Translations under genes and position numbers: made by a program
Notes under the pieces: model-generated
Told to the model about the DNA's origin: nothing
Seen by the model: only the letters and a program-made list of their open reading frames with translations
Database searches by the model: none
Part shown: piece after piece, positions 30,465 through 32,000 of the stretch
How the letters are laid out: each line of letters opens with the position of its first letter
Position numbering within the stretch: the first letter of the stretch is position 1
Source of the DNA: Alkalilimnicola ehrlichii MLHE-1
Lineage (GTDB): Bacteria; Pseudomonadota; Gammaproteobacteria; Nitrococcales; Halorhodospiraceae
Direction of reading: 5' to 3'
Length of the DNA stretch: 32,000 nt
Assembly (NCBI RefSeq): GCF_000014785.1
Contig: NC_008340.1
Span: forward strand, 2,760,001-2,792,000

Positions 30465-31061
30465 TTATCGATATTCGATGCATTTTGGTTGCAGCCACCC
30501 CGCAAAGGCCCGGGTCAGCAGGGGGAGCAACAGGTAGCTCATCACCGGCACCACCACCCCGGTCACCACCAGCAGGCGCACGGGCAGCGGCAGCGCCATC
30601 AACCAACCGCCGGCCAGGGAGAAGATCAGCCAGAGCAGTGGGAACAGGGCCAGCCATACCAACAGGGCCATCTTGTAACGCGGGGGCTCTGCTCTGGTCG
30701 CGGCCGCCGACGGCCTGCGGCCACAGGTGGACGCGGTGGTACTGACCTTGGTGGGCATGCCGTCGACCAACGACGGCGACCAGAGCTGCCAGCAGCCCCA
30801 GCGGATGGCCACCGCACCGGCCAGATCATCCCAGCGCTGAAACAGCGCTGAGCGGCGCAACCGCTCCAGGCTCTCCTCGCCTTTGAGCCGAAGGAGCAGC
30901 CGGTAGCGGCAGCGTTCCCGGACCAAGTCACAGACCTCCGCCTCGCCACTGCGCTCCACCGCCCGCCGCCATTCCTCGAAGGCCGACAGGAACGCCGGCT
31001 CCTCCCCGCAGCGCACATGCCACTCGCTGCTCAGCCAGATACCGTCTTTCGTGTTGTGCAT
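30465..31061 (-). CDS. Antibiotic biosynthesis monooxygenase-like (ABM) domain protein with C-terminal membrane helices
   Basis: EEPAFLSAFEEWRRAVE..., then RYKMALLVWLALFPLLWLIFSLAGGWLM...LLVVTGVVVPVMSYLLLPLLTRAFAGWLQP, which recalls COG3224-type proteins. Start assigned at MHNTKDG. Confidence 0.65.
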   Translation of the reverse strand: MHNTKDGIWLSSEWHVRCGEEPAFLSAFEEWRRAVERSGEAEVCDLVRERCRYRLLLRLKGEESLERLRRSALFQRWDDLAGAVAIRWGCWQLWSPSLVDGMPTKVSTTASTCGRRPSAAATRAEPPRYKMALLVWLALFPLLWLIFSLAGGWLMALPLPVRLLVVTGVVVPVMSYLLLPLLTRAFAGWLQPKCIEYR

Positions 31062-31120
31062 GTCTCCTCCGGATGCCTCGCATCGATGTCGCCTGCCGGC
31101 CACCTTATCTTTGTTTTTGA

Positions 31121-31149
31121 TTGACGTTCAATAGACTGTCAAGTAATTT
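31121..31149 (+). promoter_or_regulatory. Candidate sigma70 promoter for the alpha/beta hydrolase gene
   Basis: TTGACG-N17-TAATTT, about 75 bp upstream of the 31224 ATG. Confidence 0.4.
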
Positions 31150-31223
31150 TATCTCAACCGCGAACGAAAACCACCCACGACGGTGGCGCGGTGACCCTTA
31201 AACAGGAGGAAGGAGAGCGCACG

Positions 31224-32000
31224 ATGACGCAGAACCCCGAAATCGGCCTGTTCCACGAGGCCGACGGCATCAAGACCAACTACCACGACGTGGGCGATGG
31301 CCACCCGGTCGTGCTCCTGCACGGCTCCGGGGCCGGCGTGACCGCCTGGGCCAACTGGATGGGACTGATCCCGGAGTTGTCCCAGGAACGCCGGGTGGTG
31401 GCACCGGATCTGGCCGGTTTCGGCTACACCGAGGTGCCCGACGATATCGAGTACCGCTTCATGGACACCTGGGTGGACCAGATGGTCCGACTGCTCGACG
31501 CCCTGGAGATCGAGCGCACCGACCTGGTGGGCAATTCCTTCGGCGGCACGCTGGCCATCGCCCTGGCAGTGCACCACCCGGAGCGGGTGCGGCGCATGGT
31601 CCTGATGGGCAGCGGCGGCCAGCCCTTCACCGTCAGCCCGGAGCTGGAGGCGCTGTGGGGCTATACCCCGTCGTTCGAGAACATGCGCCGCATTCTCGAC
31701 ATCATGGCCTTCGACCGCTCGCTGGTGACCGACGACATCGCCGATATCCGCTACCGGGCCACCATCCGTCCCGGGGTGCAGGAGCGGTTCGAGCGCATCT
31801 TCCCGCCACCCCGCCAGCGTTGGGCCGATGCCACCGTGTTCTCTGATGAGCAGCTCGCCGGCATCGACCACGAGACCCTGATCCTGCACGGCCGCGAGGA
31901 CCGGGTGGTGCCGGTCGCTGTCTCCGAGCAGCTGTTCCGAAAGATCGACCGGGCCCAACTGCACATCTTTGGCCGTTGCGGGCACTGGACCCAGATCGAG
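31224..32000 (+). CDS. Alpha/beta hydrolase resembling meta-cleavage-product hydrolases (3' truncated; absent from supplied ORF track)
   Basis: MTQNPEIGLFHEADGIKTNYHDVGDGHPVVLLHGSGAGVTAWANW, GNSFGG elbow, LILHGREDRVVP, FGRCGHWTQIE; strong aggaggaaggag ribosome-binding site. Confidence 0.9.
   Translation, partial: MTQNPEIGLFHEADGIKTNYHDVGDGHPVVLLHGSGAGVTAWANWMGLIPELSQERRVVAPDLAGFGYTEVPDDIEYRFMDTWVDQMVRLLDALEIERTDLVGNSFGGTLAIALAVHHPERVRRMVLMGSGGQPFTVSPELEALWGYTPSFENMRRILDIMAFDRSLVTDDIADIRYRATIRPGVQERFERIFPPPRQRWADATVFSDEQLAGIDHETLILHGREDRVVPVAVSEQLFRKIDRAQLHIFGRCGHWTQIE

Noticed and set aside
31149-31985. 278-aa minus-strand ORF at the window end
   Set aside because: The plus strand encodes a convincing alpha/beta hydrolase with ribosome-binding site and nucleophile elbow; the tracked ORF is its antisense shadow.

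Overview
This 32 kb, GC-rich window looks gammaproteobacterial, possibly Ectothiorhodospiraceae-like (inferred from gene content and order only). It begins inside a 4Fe-4S ferredoxin subunit of a molybdopterin oxidoreductase, followed by a TorD-like chaperone. Then come a histidine kinase with a periplasmic CxxCH motif paired with a REC/HD-GYP regulator, a DUF2007-like/zinc-ribbon protein and MAPEG, bioC-bioH-bioF-bioB, comF, ubiA-ubiC, recG, ridA, spoT, rpoZ, gmk, yicC, rph, rdgB, hemW, a CPxCG protein, a Rof-like protein and a PhnD-GGDEF-EAL protein. It ends with a catabolic-looking island: M20-like protein, amidase, Rieske oxygenase, ABM/membrane protein and a truncated alpha/beta hydrolase. 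The most unusual signal is a three-copy intergenic hairpin element at 9572-9771, 12184-12397 and 14570-14783. Each copy has a 126-bp core (125/126 identical between two copies, 115/126 to the third). The cores are bounded by perfect inverted repeats of 37-44 bp whose sequence is different at every locus. An inner 12-bp stem also covaries, with five compensated base pairs. Two copies bracket recG in opposite orientation, and one lies between a probable BirA operator and bioB. A second, unrelated family is a roughly 77-bp palindromic repeat with a four-unit tandem array between rpoZ and gmk. No RNA genes, CRISPR array, transposase or reverse transcriptase is supported in the window.
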